Assembly (NCBI GenBank): GCA_001938485.1
Contig: MQRK01223771.1
Span: forward strand, 33,231-89,241
Reading direction: 5' to 3'
Length of the DNA stretch: 56,011 nucleotides
Source of the DNA: Girardia tigrina
Taxonomy: Eukaryota
This document shows, one piece after another, positions 44,201 through 51,811 of this stretch. Within the stretch, counting starts at the first letter, position 1. The number at the start of each line of letters is the position of its first letter. The translations under genes were made by a program, and so were the position numbers. Below the pieces are notes generated by a model. It saw nothing but the letters and a program-made list of their open reading frames with translations. It was not told the origin of the DNA and searched no databases.

Positions 44201-47200
44201 AAATTTATTTAATGAATCATTGGGAATTTGTTGAGGTCGACAAATTTCAATTTATAATTATTAATATAATTCCGTCTGTGAAGCGATCATTTATTATTTT
44301 AGATTATTTATTACTTTTTACTTCAAAGCTTGAAATTTAATTTTGAAAAAAAATTAAGATATTTTTTAGATGATTTTCTCAAAAAAAAGTTTTTTCTATT
44401 TTAGCGTCCAAGTTATGCAGGAACAAGTCATGCTCCTTTTAATGATTGAATATTGTTGTCAATTCCAAATTTTTAAAAAATAAGGCAACAACTAATTAAT
44501 GGGAAAACATTTATTTAAAGATGTAGACGATGAAAGAAAAAACTCTTCAAAAATCGTAACCTATCTGTTTTCTGAATAACCGATTATTTAAACAAAAATT
44601 AAAATGTTGTCGTTTTAGATTACACGTATTTTAGGTGTCTAATTTATTTTGGATCCCAAATTACGAGCATTGATAATACTTGAGACATAAATAATTATAA
44701 ATAAATTAAACTATAAAAATGTGGAAGAAAATTCGAATATCGAATAACCTCATGATAAATTTAAATAAATTAATTTAAATTAAATTTCAATTTTATAAAT
44801 TAGTGGGCACTTCACTCCTTGTACACTAAGAAGGATGTTTTTAAATTTGTATCAAAGATTTGGTCAAAGATCAGTATGTGAGGAATGTTTTGAATTGTGT
44901 GTTGATATTGTGCATGTTGTATGTTGATTCGAATTGTGCCTCTCCTACACAGATGGATGATTGATATTTTCTTTGATTCTTACTAATTAAAAATAATTTA
45001 ATTTAATTTTAAAGTTTTAAGATTTAAAATAATTTTTGAATGTATTATTTATTTTTTAATGTAATTTAAAATTTTAATATATTAATTTAATATGTTCTTT
45101 TTTAAAAATGCTTAGATTTAATTTCAACCAATTATATTCTTTATAATTAATATTTTTTATTAACAGATTTTCATTTATTGAAAATAATTAGTTTGAACTC
45201 AGAAATATATTGATCAAGAGAGATGTCAAATAGTGAATGCGCTTGTGATATTAATAAATGTTACAAAACTCATATTGATGTTGTTAATACAGTATTTCTC
45301 ACTATTTACTTTAAAACCTAAAGACATTTCGGAACATTTGACCAAAAAGCATAAAGTTGACCATAGCGAATTGATTATTTGATACAAAACCTTACAAATA
45401 TAGTTGATTTTGTTCCATTTTTATAAAATAATTTATTTTTTAGTTCATAAAACATTTAATCATTTTTTACTATAGATAAAGGTTTGACAGAGATGTATTT
45501 TTCCAATACTCGTCACTGAAACAACAGCAACAAAATAAGAATATCCTAATAATTTTGGAACACAATGATTTTTTAAAACTAGAAAATGATTTTAAAGATT
45601 TGTTGTTTCGAATAGAAAAAAATATTTTGAATTTTTTCCTGACTCAAAAAGAGAATGTAATTCAAATGAAACCAGAATAATCCTTTACCCATCTCATCCA
45701 TTATTTATTCACTTAAAATTATTTGAGCACATAATACCTTACTTTTCACTACTTCTGATGGTTTTAGCCGGTACCCATAAAGTCCAATGAAGGCAGAATG
45801 TATGTTATATATTGTAACTACAAATGTAATAAGTAGATCAGGAATCTTTTATTTCATTGAATTTATATAAAAAACTGTCTTTTGATGTCACATTAAATGT
45901 CAAAAAAGCTTTTATTTTAACTTCTTGATCTTTTTTGTCTTACAATTTCTTTCATTTGTCATAACATTAAATCTTCTCTATTTCTCTTGAGGAAGGGGAA
46001 TGATGCAGAAGTTCCAATCCAAGTTCCTGTAGGTTTTGTCACAGTCTTAAGTGCAATATGTGATTTTGCATTGTCTTAGAGAAAAATGTAAATCGACCTG
46101 TTTAACAAACGCGGCTGTTTTTCTTTGAGTTTCCGTATCATATCTTCCAATTGGTTGCAATAGATATCTGCTGTGATCGATGAACCAGATTTCATCAAGT
46201 CACAATAAATTAAACCTGTGGGAGATCACCAAACACTCACCATCAACTTCTTTTAATGAATGTTGTGCTTGAGAATATGTTTTGGTTCTTCATTTGTATC
46301 CGTCAAACTTGCTTAACGTTTGCGATTATCATATTTGATCCAATTATCATCCCAAGTGACGATTCGATTCAAAAATTGATCACATTTATAACGAGAAGGC
46401 ATCATCAAAAAACATCCAAGCGTAAGTGTTTCTGCTTTTCATTGAACTAATGTCGAATCTGCTTAGTTAACTTTTTCATTTTACCAATTTGAGCAAAGTA
46501 ATTCAATATTTTTTCATTTCATTCAATATTTTTGCAGCAGACGTTAGCGATAAATAATAAATAATGATACTCATTATTGATGTTAAAATTATCTTTGAAT
46601 TTTCTGAACCAATTTGAGACTAACTGCTGCGTAGTAGCATTGTATCTAAATACACTATTGATATTTTGTTTCTGATGCTGAGGTTTTACGTTGCAATTCA
46701 TACTTCATAATAGTTCAAATTTTTGCCTTTTTCATTTTTCAAGAACAGATTTTTTACAAAAACTTATCCATAATTTTAATAAATTTTTATTGACATGTTC
46801 ATTAGTCAAGATATCTAGCAATCAAACAAAAATCTGAGCAATAAAATGTTAAGTCATTGTCAAATTATAACTTTATGAATTTATTGTAATCATGCCTACA
46901 AGTTTCATACTTGACAAAATAATAAAAGCTTAATATATGAATGATGAGAAGTAATTGTCCTTGTAGAAAGTTTCAAATCATTTTTGCCATCTAATTTGAT
47001 GATGTCAAATTAGTTAAAAAATTATCAAAACTATAATTCCACGGTCAAACTCACCAAGAAATTTCAATAACTGTACTTATTCGTTAATGAATGTTTATGT
47101 TAGTCTCATAAATATTTGGAATACTTTTGGTATTTGGTTTTGATTTTCCTTTGTTTTTCTTGAAGTAAGGAAAAAAGGTTGTATTTTGAAAAAAAGGCTA

Positions 47201-49147
47201 TATTCTATCTCTATCTGATATTTGTTTACTACAACGATTATTTTAAGTAGTCAATCATAAAACTTCATAACCAAGTAAAGAGAGAAGAATATAAATATTA
47301 AACAATAAGATTATTTATCATGCACAATTGCCTGGAATATATTTTTATTTTTTTCTTTTATATATTGATAATTAATTATTTATAGGTTAGTGTAAATTGA
47401 AAATTATATTATATTTTTAAATACCCAAATATTTCAAGTATGACAAAATTATCAATCTTTTTAAAAAATCTATTGTAATTTATTTTTTTATATGAAATTT
47501 TGTTTCTAGAATAAAGATGAATCCGAAGATAAATACTCATATTGACTCAAATAAAAAGGTTTCATTGTTTATTAATAACATTATTTTATTAAGTTATAAT
47601 AAATTATCGAATAATCAAATTAAAAAAAATGAAAAAAATAATCGCAATTATCAGTAATTTGTATTTTATCTCTTGTTCAAATGCAAATGGTGTTTTAAAG
47701 TGTTATGAAATTTTTCATTTTTTTGAACGTATTTTTAATATTTTGCAAACAGAATTTGAAATTTACTAAAAACATTTTAATAAAAATTTTTTCGGGAGGT
47801 TACTCCAGGCCTAAGCCTCAAATTTATACATGTTGATTTCAGCAACAATTGAAATGTTTATGACCTTTGACGTTGAAGAAAAGTAGAGCCAGGGATTTTT
47901 AGGCCCATTTTAGGTGTACAATGTACAACCAACTTTTGTACATGTACACCCAAAAATTTGGCTATATATAGATGAAGCATAACATTAAAACATACACACA
48001 CCGCTATTCCACCCACTTCTCTCCCTCTCGCACATACACTCTCCTAAACAAGGTTATTTATAATTGTATACTTATTTAGCTCTTGTATTAAAAAATACAC
48101 ACACTGCTATGTTATACTGTACACCAAGATTTTCTTAGGTTACACCTGGCTGGAAACCTTAAAAAAAACCCTGGTAGAGCATATCAAATTAATATTTTGT
48201 ATAATCAATTATGTTACTATTTAGTCAATGCTGACGAAGTGTTTCTAATAAACTCATAATTCTTAGTTCAAACATATGTATATATGAATAGATGTGTTTG
48301 ACTTACTCAAGTATGGATCAGAAAGTAACTGTCCATCATGTTTTGTTCCACCTATAGAAGTTACATGTAAATGAATCAAGATATTATTGGTTCATAATGA
48401 CATTTTAAATATTGATTATAAGTATTGAGACGACTTTACTTTTACAACACTCATCCAAATGACTTATTGGGTGTCCAATTATGACCTTTATAGTTATCGA
48501 TAAATAATTTTAAAAATGAAGATGGATATCTAAAATCCAATTTTTACGTCATATAGTTTAAAATCAGTAAGAGTGAAAATGATGATTTTTCGAGAACCTT
48601 TGAATAGGTTCATTTTAAAAAATGAATATTTCGTTTGGTGCTAGTTACACGGATTTGACAGCCTTAAATACGCTTGAAACAGGTCAAGAGCTTTAGTGAA
48701 AATAATGAAACAGAACTATCAAATTTCGAACTGGAAACGTTGCCTGCTGAAATGAAAAATGCTTTTAAAAGAGCCATTATTAAACAACAAGAAAATAAAG
48801 TTTATTTATATGGCAATATTTTCCACACAAAGATCATAATTTTTTAACAAATTACAATTTTAGGTAAAAATAACCTATTAAAAAAATAAAATTAATCAAG
48901 ATAAATGCATTTTTACATCAACCAGTTTTCATGCCCTCTATTTATTTTAAAGTATATATATATATATATATTAAAGTATATATATATATATATTAAAGTA
49001 TATATATATATATNNNNNNNNNNNNNNNNNNNNNNNNNNNNNNNNNNNNNNNNNNNNNNNNNNNNNNNNNNNNNNNNNNNNNNNNNNNNNNNNNNNNNNN
49101 NNNNNNNNNNNNNNNNNNNNNNNNNNNNNNNNNNNNNNNNNNNNNNN

Positions 49148-49197
<50 letters not shown>

Positions 49198-50133
49198 AGT
49201 AATTATTATACAGTATACAGTAATGGAATCCATTACGATTGAGAGATTTAACCTTTTTGCCACAACATAATCGTGGTAATTCTAGAGCTATTATTTAACT
49301 GAGAAACGGCTACCACATCCACAGAATCCAGCAAGTGAGAAAATTATCCAATACCGATTCGGGGAGGTAGTATAAAAAAATAACAATATGGACTCTAATG
49401 GTTTCATAATTGCAATGAGAATATTTTAAATACTTTATCAAGTATGTCTGGGGCTAGCAGTCGCGGTAATTTCAGCTCCAAAACCCTAACGGGTTTTTAT
49501 CTCAAAAATTAGGAACTACATTAACATTTTACAAATGTTGTAAATAACTTCAATAATTAGAACTTCAATTGTTTTCAAAAATGTTGAAACAGTAGAAGCG
49601 AGGAGTTGTATGTTTTACAAGTAAAGTGACAGGAAAAAGAAAATGAATATGTTCAATTTAAGTCTTAATTAAAACAAAAAATGAATAAAATTCGAAAATC
49701 ATTTTAAGGAATCAAAATTATCTTTGAAAGAATTAAATATTTTAATTATTATTGAACAACATAATTCATACTAATAAACTTTCCCTCTTCCTTGGGAAAA
49801 AACTTCATTTCTCACTTCTGTTCTCTCCAAAAATTTATTATATATATATTTATTTAAATAATTATATTATATTTGGTTTGAAAATCCTAATTCATTTTGT
49901 AGATGTCACAGTTTCCGGTAGATAACAATGAGGTTTATACGGATTATCAAAAGGAAATCTTATTTAACTGTTTGTCGAAATCTCAACAAAACCTTTCCGT
50001 GGACAAACACTGTCCCGAAGAAGAATGTAAACAAGACTTAACATGTTTTTATAAAACTTATGATCGAAATAATTTTCCGACCGAGCCTCTCATAGTGAAC
50101 GGTTACTGTTATACGCCGAATAATTTAAAATAA
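3004..50133 (+). CDS. Neuregulin-like type-I membrane protein (signal peptide-Ig-EGF-like-TM-cytoplasmic tail), 8-exon model, 329 aa
   Basis: Exons 3004-3166, 6025-6199, 12006-12115, 32056-32149, 38052-38134, 38185-38269, 47510-47558, 49903-50133 have AG/GT boundaries. Intron phases 1,2,1,2,1,2,0 chain into one open frame of 990 nt including the stop. Ig followed by EGF-like, TM and an intron just after the 4th EGF cysteine is the neuregulin/EGFR-ligand pattern. Extra exons in the large introns or gaps cannot be excluded. Confidence 0.8.
4088..4580 (+). mobile_element. Merlin (IS1016/ISXO2-like) transposase remnant
   Basis: ORF AIEFLQARGLL...F.NSK..L, then at about 4490-4570 IDEWVIAKQKCNRRCVILQQWLFGAVD, matching the Merlin consensus IDESxFxKRKYNRGR....WVFG.V. 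Confidence 0.75.
6025..6199 (+). CDS. Exon 2: N-terminal half of I-set Ig domain
   Basis: Polypyrimidine tract and TTTCAG acceptor. Encodes KPIKIKFWKKNEHLKVHAGMSLTVKCRVTGKPEPSVFWFKN, with the Ig motif C-x-V-x-G-x-P-x-P-x-V-x-W. Donor AG|GTTTGA is phase 2. Confidence 0.9.
7515..8292 (+). mobile_element. Internally deleted MULE/Foldback-like element with SWIM zinc finger
   Basis: ORF 7756-8088 carries the SWIM motif CSC-x7-PCSH. It is flanked by long imperfect inverted repeats (about 7520-7635 and 8100-8290) built from roughly 29-bp subunits (AAAATTCTATGYTTTATATTTAAGC and its reverse complement). Confidence 0.75.
9939..10982 (+). mobile_element. Tc1/mariner-superfamily element, internally deleted
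   Basis: Starts TA|CAGAGGTGGCC. The left TIR (ACCCAATTTTAATAATAATAAACACAAAATTCTAAATGAT) is inverted at about 10886-10925 and runs into the N gap. HTH-like ORF 10075-10278; catalytic motifs WMQDGAPPHY and WIGRRGTTEWPTRSP. Inserted in a (TA)n run. Confidence 0.9.
12006..12115 (+). CDS. Exon 3: C-terminal half of Ig domain
   Basis: TTTAG acceptor. Encodes (R)NEAILYFPSISMEDTSNYSCKASNSNGYINKWIEIK with the Ig F-strand motif D-x-x-x-Y-x-C-x-A-x-N. Donor G|GTAATC is phase 1. Not visible in the ORF track. Confidence 0.9.
12524..14482 (-). mobile_element. pogo/Tigger transposon, frameshifted full-length copy
   Basis: Fragments 13859-14080 (CENP-B-type HTH region), 13648-13884 (FKASDGW...IYNADETGL), 13203-13592 (KLPPLVIGKSKKPRCF, LLDNAPCH, QPLDQGII) and 12660-13160. 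Ends are TA|CAGT-like and flanked by (TA)n. Confidence 0.92.
14889..15175 (+). mobile_element. Mariner 5' fragment (TIR plus HTH)
   Basis: Encodes VQMVSA/KWFRRFNQGDTSLEDQEGSG-like mariner HTH sequence at about 15090-15155. The leader GTTCTG..CATAAAGAATGGATAT recurs at about 25047-25110. Confidence 0.6.
15405..15825. repeat. GC-rich tandem array of GTTGCYATGGTAAC-type palindromes with CCAAT-containing spacers
   Basis: Units start at 15435, 15465, 15486, 15507, 15569, 15600, 15621, 15642, 15693, 15725, 15746, 15767, 15788 and 15809. CCAAT(C/A/G)(A/G)GAA occurs at about 15409, 15527, 15557, 15588, 15661 and 15713. Confidence 0.9.
16444..16772. repeat. Perfect 50-bp inverted repeat pair (MITE-like or fold-back)
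   Basis: 16444-16493 ATTACGTAAGTTGTTTGAACGCATTGGTTTGGCAGTTATTTTAAATTTAA is the exact reverse complement of 16723-16772. Confidence 0.85.
16864..17036. mobile_element. Small MITE with TA-bounded TIRs (pogo-like)
   Basis: TACCCTAAATTACTGTGGATAACCC ... GGGTTATCCGCAGTAAATTGGGGTA, with internal GGGTTATAC repeats. Confidence 0.75.
17652..18585 (-). mobile_element. Mariner (DD34D-type) transposase pseudogene, 5' truncated
   Basis: ORFs 18210-18569 (RFVPRFL, IVTVEETPLSLYVPESKRESSEW) and 17716-18207 (MLTVFWD, LLQDNTPIH, HPPYSSDL). TIR-like end TA|CGTGGTTGAAGCATTAAGTCC. Confidence 0.9.
19182..19830. repeat. 104-bp direct duplication (19182-19285 and 19727-19830)
   Basis: The two copies differ by a single substitution (AAAAGCAAT vs AAAATCAAT). 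Confidence 0.85.
19310..19544. mobile_element. MITE with imperfect TIRs
   Basis: TAGGCTGTCGTAAAAAGGCGTTTT ... AAAACGCCGTCTTTTACGACTCAGCCTA. Confidence 0.65.
20417..24417 (+). mobile_element. hAT (Buster/Charlie-type) transposon with duplicated left end
   Basis: TIR CAGTGGTCTTCAAACT at 20417 and 21772, and inverted AGTTTGAAGACCACTG ending at 24417. 8-bp TSD ATCTAGAG at 20409-20416 and 24418-24425. Transposase 22443-24263 has KRKYDE.YL.YGF, LKRHLET.H, LQLDESTD, HTEVRWLS*GK, YLCERSFS and QAHPSH, with one in-frame stop at 23580-23582 and two gaps. Confidence 0.95.
32056..32149 (+). CDS. Exon 4: EGF-like module, Cys1-Cys4
   Basis: CTTTTAG acceptor. Encodes (A)RIDPFLTEPCSEDSRCQFRDCKTVDNMLIC. Strong donor CA|GTGAGT in phase 2 immediately after the 4th Cys. 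Confidence 0.85.
32630..33405 (+). mobile_element. Tc1 (DD34E) transposase remnant
   Basis: WTPEMWSPVLFSDES, FQHNDVPCH and (S)WPGQNPDVNLSENIW motifs. Right end ...GGCGGTAGCTG|TA. Confidence 0.85.
33516..34077. mobile_element. Non-autonomous element, DINE-1/HINE (Helentron-associated)-like
   Basis: Terminal or subterminal inversion ACCACGTTTTT ... AAAAACGTGGT, with a (CAGACAAA)n microsatellite near the right end. Most of the middle is an N gap. Confidence 0.45.
34200..34670 (+). mobile_element. Penelope-like element GIY-YIG endonuclease remnant
   Basis: CYLIYKFVIAVCGQIIGTNDTRFLNFRCSSE resembles the Penelope motif VIYKxxCxxCxxxYIGxTxRxLxxRxxEH. Downstream LVAESTIVKYVTSL resembles the C-terminal L..ES..I....P.LN. 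Confidence 0.5.
34706..35297. mobile_element. Non-autonomous DNA element with CAC...GTG ends (CMC/Transib-like, uncertain)
   Basis: Begins CACAGTGTAAC and ends ...GATCCTGTG. Internal related motifs GCTGAAAACGAATCCG and CTGATTTTAAAAATGAAATCCG. No clear TSD. Confidence 0.35.
35385..36310 (-). mobile_element. Ty3/Gypsy pol remnant (RNase H end and integrase zinc finger)
   Basis: Minus strand ADELSS (RNase H end) near 35790. ORF 35385-35648 has HIHDICHIG...VKKFINQC, an HHCC-like integrase motif. Confidence 0.7.
37477..37881. mobile_element. MITE (MULE-like) with about 40-bp TIRs and A-rich subrepeats
   Basis: GCACGACAATTAAGTTTCGAAAATTAAGTCTCAGAAAATTAAAT ... ATTTAATTTTCTGAGACTTAATTTTCCAGACTTAATTGTCGTGC. 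Confidence 0.75.
38052..38134 (+). CDS. Exon 5: end of Cys module and juxtamembrane stalk
   Basis: TTTAG|G acceptor. Encodes MRCDSSSLFPSQLPRKVCPTVATHQKF. Donor T|GTAATA is phase 1, followed by a 50-nt intron. Confidence 0.75.
38185..38269 (+). CDS. Exon 6: transmembrane helix
   Basis: CTAG acceptor. Encodes (Y)CIQKYQIIFGLLLFLLILVTILSIFWY(R), a 21-aa hydrophobic span. Donor AG|GTAATC is phase 2. Confidence 0.85.
38450..40200 (-). mobile_element. Rearranged Ty3/Gypsy remnant(s)
   Basis: Minus strand shows gag-like PTKFFGGDDIDKFLRQFNRYF (about 39955-40020), RNase H-end-like GRGRDISHAD (about 39670-39700) and YRMLGHTG (about 39270-39300). A diverged direct repeat lies at about 38452-38590 and 40053-40195. 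Confidence 0.55.
40600..40910 (+). mobile_element. Old hAT (Buster-like) transposase fragment
   Basis: WIAKLAYLSNIF...NERNLSLQGN...KIESFEVKLKL matches the LAYLxDIF...LNLSLQG region of Buster transposases. Confidence 0.65.
41031..41164. mobile_element. PIF/Harbinger-like MITE
   Basis: GGGGGCCGTCCATAAAAAACGTCAC ... GTGAGGTCATTTATGATCAGCCAC form imperfect TIRs, with TAG on both flanks. Confidence 0.55.
41442..41993 (-). mobile_element. Tigger/pogo-derived MITE
   Basis: TA|CACTAAAACCTCGATTTGC ... GCAAATCGAGGTTTTAGTG|TA: perfect 19-bp TIR and TA TSD. Retains a Tigger-like C-terminal QQTLDNF peptide on the minus strand. Confidence 0.88.
45850..46760 (-). mobile_element. Mariner transposase pseudogene
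   Basis: Minus strand VSNWFRKFK (HTH), LMKSGSSITADIYCNQL...KLKEKQPRL and DNAKSH. Heavily disrupted. Confidence 0.8.
47510..47558 (+). CDS. Exon 7: basic cytoplasmic juxtamembrane segment
   Basis: TTTCTAG acceptor. Encodes (R)IKMNPKINTHIDSNKK. Donor AAG|GTTTCA. It converts phase 2 to phase 0, exactly as needed to reach exon 8. Confidence 0.7.
47890..48173. mobile_element. P-element-like MITE with 7-bp TSD
   Basis: CAGGGATTTTTAGG ... CCTTAAAAAAAACCCTG, with direct repeat GTAGAGC at 47883-47889 and 48174-48180. Internal TGTACACC motifs. Superfamily assignment is inferred from the CAGGG ends and TSD length. Confidence 0.65.
48953..49195. repeat. (TA)n microsatellite spanning an N gap
   Basis: Directly visible. 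Includes three TTAAAG(TA)n units. Confidence 0.95.
49235..49481 (+). pseudogene. Degenerate, internally deleted 18S rRNA fragment
   Basis: Conserved 18S blocks appear in the correct order: GTGGTAATTCTAGAGCTA, CTGAGAAACGGCTACCACATCC, CGGGGAGGTAGT, AATAACAATA and GTCTGGGGCTAGCAGTCGCGGTAATTTCAGCTCCAA (canonical GTCTGGTGCCAGCAGCCGCGGTAATTCCAGCTCCAA). Confidence 0.9.
49903..50133 (+). CDS. Exon 8 (terminal): Tyr/Cys-containing cytoplasmic tail
   Basis: TTTTGTAG acceptor directly before the 76-aa ORF MSQFPVDNNEVY...YCYTPNNLK*. Phase 0. AATAAA follows downstream. Confidence 0.75.
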   Translation: MSQFPVDNNEVYTDYQKEILFNCLSKSQQNLSVDKHCPEEECKQDLTCFYKTYDRNNFPTEPLIVNGYCYTPNNLK

Positions 50134-50190
50134 TTACAACATTTGTTTTAATAGTGCTAGATTTAATTATTTGTTTATTTTATTTATTAG

Positions 50191-50196
50191 AATAAA
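50191..50196 (+). terminator. Candidate polyadenylation signal of the neuregulin-like gene
   Basis: AATAAA 57 nt after the stop codon. Weak evidence because the hexamer is common in AT-rich DNA. Confidence 0.35.
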
Positions 50197-51811
50197 ATAT
50201 CACATTTTCATGAAAAAAAAACAAATCGTTAATTTGAATATCTATCTGTAAATATTTTATGACTTATTAATGAAAATGAATGTTTAAGTCAGGTTATATT
50301 AGCTCAAGATGTTTGGAGAGGATATTTTTCCCAAGGGTTAAAAATAATATAGAAATAAAATAAATTACAAGTAGACATTATATTAATTTTTGTTACTCTA
50401 AAAAAATTATGGGCGGTGCCAGTTAAATATCTTTGCTGTTTTTTTCAAGTGAAAAAAAATCCAAAGATATAATTACTCGTTTTCTGTCTTCGAATTGACT
50501 TACATCAAAAATTAATGTAAAAAAATGGATTTGACATTTATTCTTGCAAAATTCCAAACGAAAGTAGTAGTAAAGAAGGAAAAGGTGTAAAAAACATTCA
50601 GTGAATCTTGTCAAACCAGTCGAATTCGGTGGTGATAACATTTAAAAACTGTTGAATTCGATTTGTTCTATTTTGTAAAATTTTCATTTTGGAGAAAAAT
50701 AAAAAGTGATCTGAAACATTTAATAAGTATAAAATAATAATTGACTCCATATTTTATTTATTTATTATATTTCACTTAGCGGGACGAAGTAAGAAATTGT
50801 TTATTATACAAAATTGCTAATAGAAATTTTAATTTTCTTTAGATATTACCAATTTATATTACTATTAAATATTATTTTACGTGATATGTTCAATAAGTAT
50901 TCAACCTGACAAAGAAAACGAAGTCCAAAAAGGTCCAATCTTAATGTAGGTAGGGATATCCATTTCGGTTTCAGACCATTTCACTAGTCAAGAAGTTGAG
51001 TACGAAACTGGATCACAGTTTTCTGATATCCATGGATTTGTGCATAAAAATTCAATTAATTGTAATTGAATTAATACTGAAAGTTTTTATCGAATGTCTC
51101 CAATTATGAGCTCTTTGGATAGTTCATTCATCAGTTATGTAAGGGGTTTTTGTGACTTAAATTTTTGAATAATTAATTTCTAATATCATATTAATAATTA
51201 AATAATTTCAAATGATTTATTTATATAAATTTCTTAAAAAAAACTACGTTGTAAAATAAAAAAAATCATAATGTTTTATTTAAAATTGAAATAGTGTCAA
51301 TTTATATTAAAAGAATAATTATAATTGAATGTTTAACCAATTAACGAAGAATAAAATATTAAGAAATTTAATTTTAACAGTAGATGTACCATTCAAATAT
51401 TATAAAAGATCTAAAATTATATTTAAGTTAACTGGTTGTAGATCAATAATATTGAAATAACAACATTTAAATAATTTTAGATTACTAGAAATTGTTGCAA
51501 AATACTTTTAAAAATGATTTAAAATAGAACAGTTATTATTTAGATTTTTATAATGTATTTTGAAGATTTTTATAAAATAATAAAATCTTAATATATAAAT
51601 TAACGAAATAAAAAAATAAATTCAATTTTAATTAACGTTTTAATAAATAAGTTATTAGTATTATAATCCAGTATTTTTATGTATAATTAATCTGGTCAAA
51701 AAAAAAGAAAACAAAAGAAAAGTTCCCCAAGAAAAATTGTTTAAATAATTGTTATTGTTATAGAAATAAAATTTGGTGTTAATGAATTATAATTTTGATC
51801 AAGAACCCAAC

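Larger units (their letters stand above)
4590..45300. repeat. Dispersed repeat family, at least 7 copies, core CTCCYACCCAGATGG (probably decayed Penelope-like)
   Basis: Core on + at 4661, 30131, 30814 and 44941, and on - at 17535, 21161 and 43756. In six copies a TGAGGRAWA motif lies about 60-80 nt upstream. The 17150-17620 and 30065-30400 copies are recognisably reverse complements. Confidence 0.7.

Noticed and set aside
44405-44482. Possible exon after a TTTTAG at about 44404
   Set aside because: In the required phase it reaches a stop after about 25 codons. The exon 7/8 path gives a longer tail with good splice sites on both exons.
33577-49263. Long ORFs made mostly of X (33577-34060, 34948-35287, 43380-43883, 48905-49263)
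   Set aside because: They are artefacts of reading through N gaps and (TA)n.
49482-49490. AACCCTAAC telomere-like motif after the 18S fragment
   Set aside because: It is a single unit and expected by chance.
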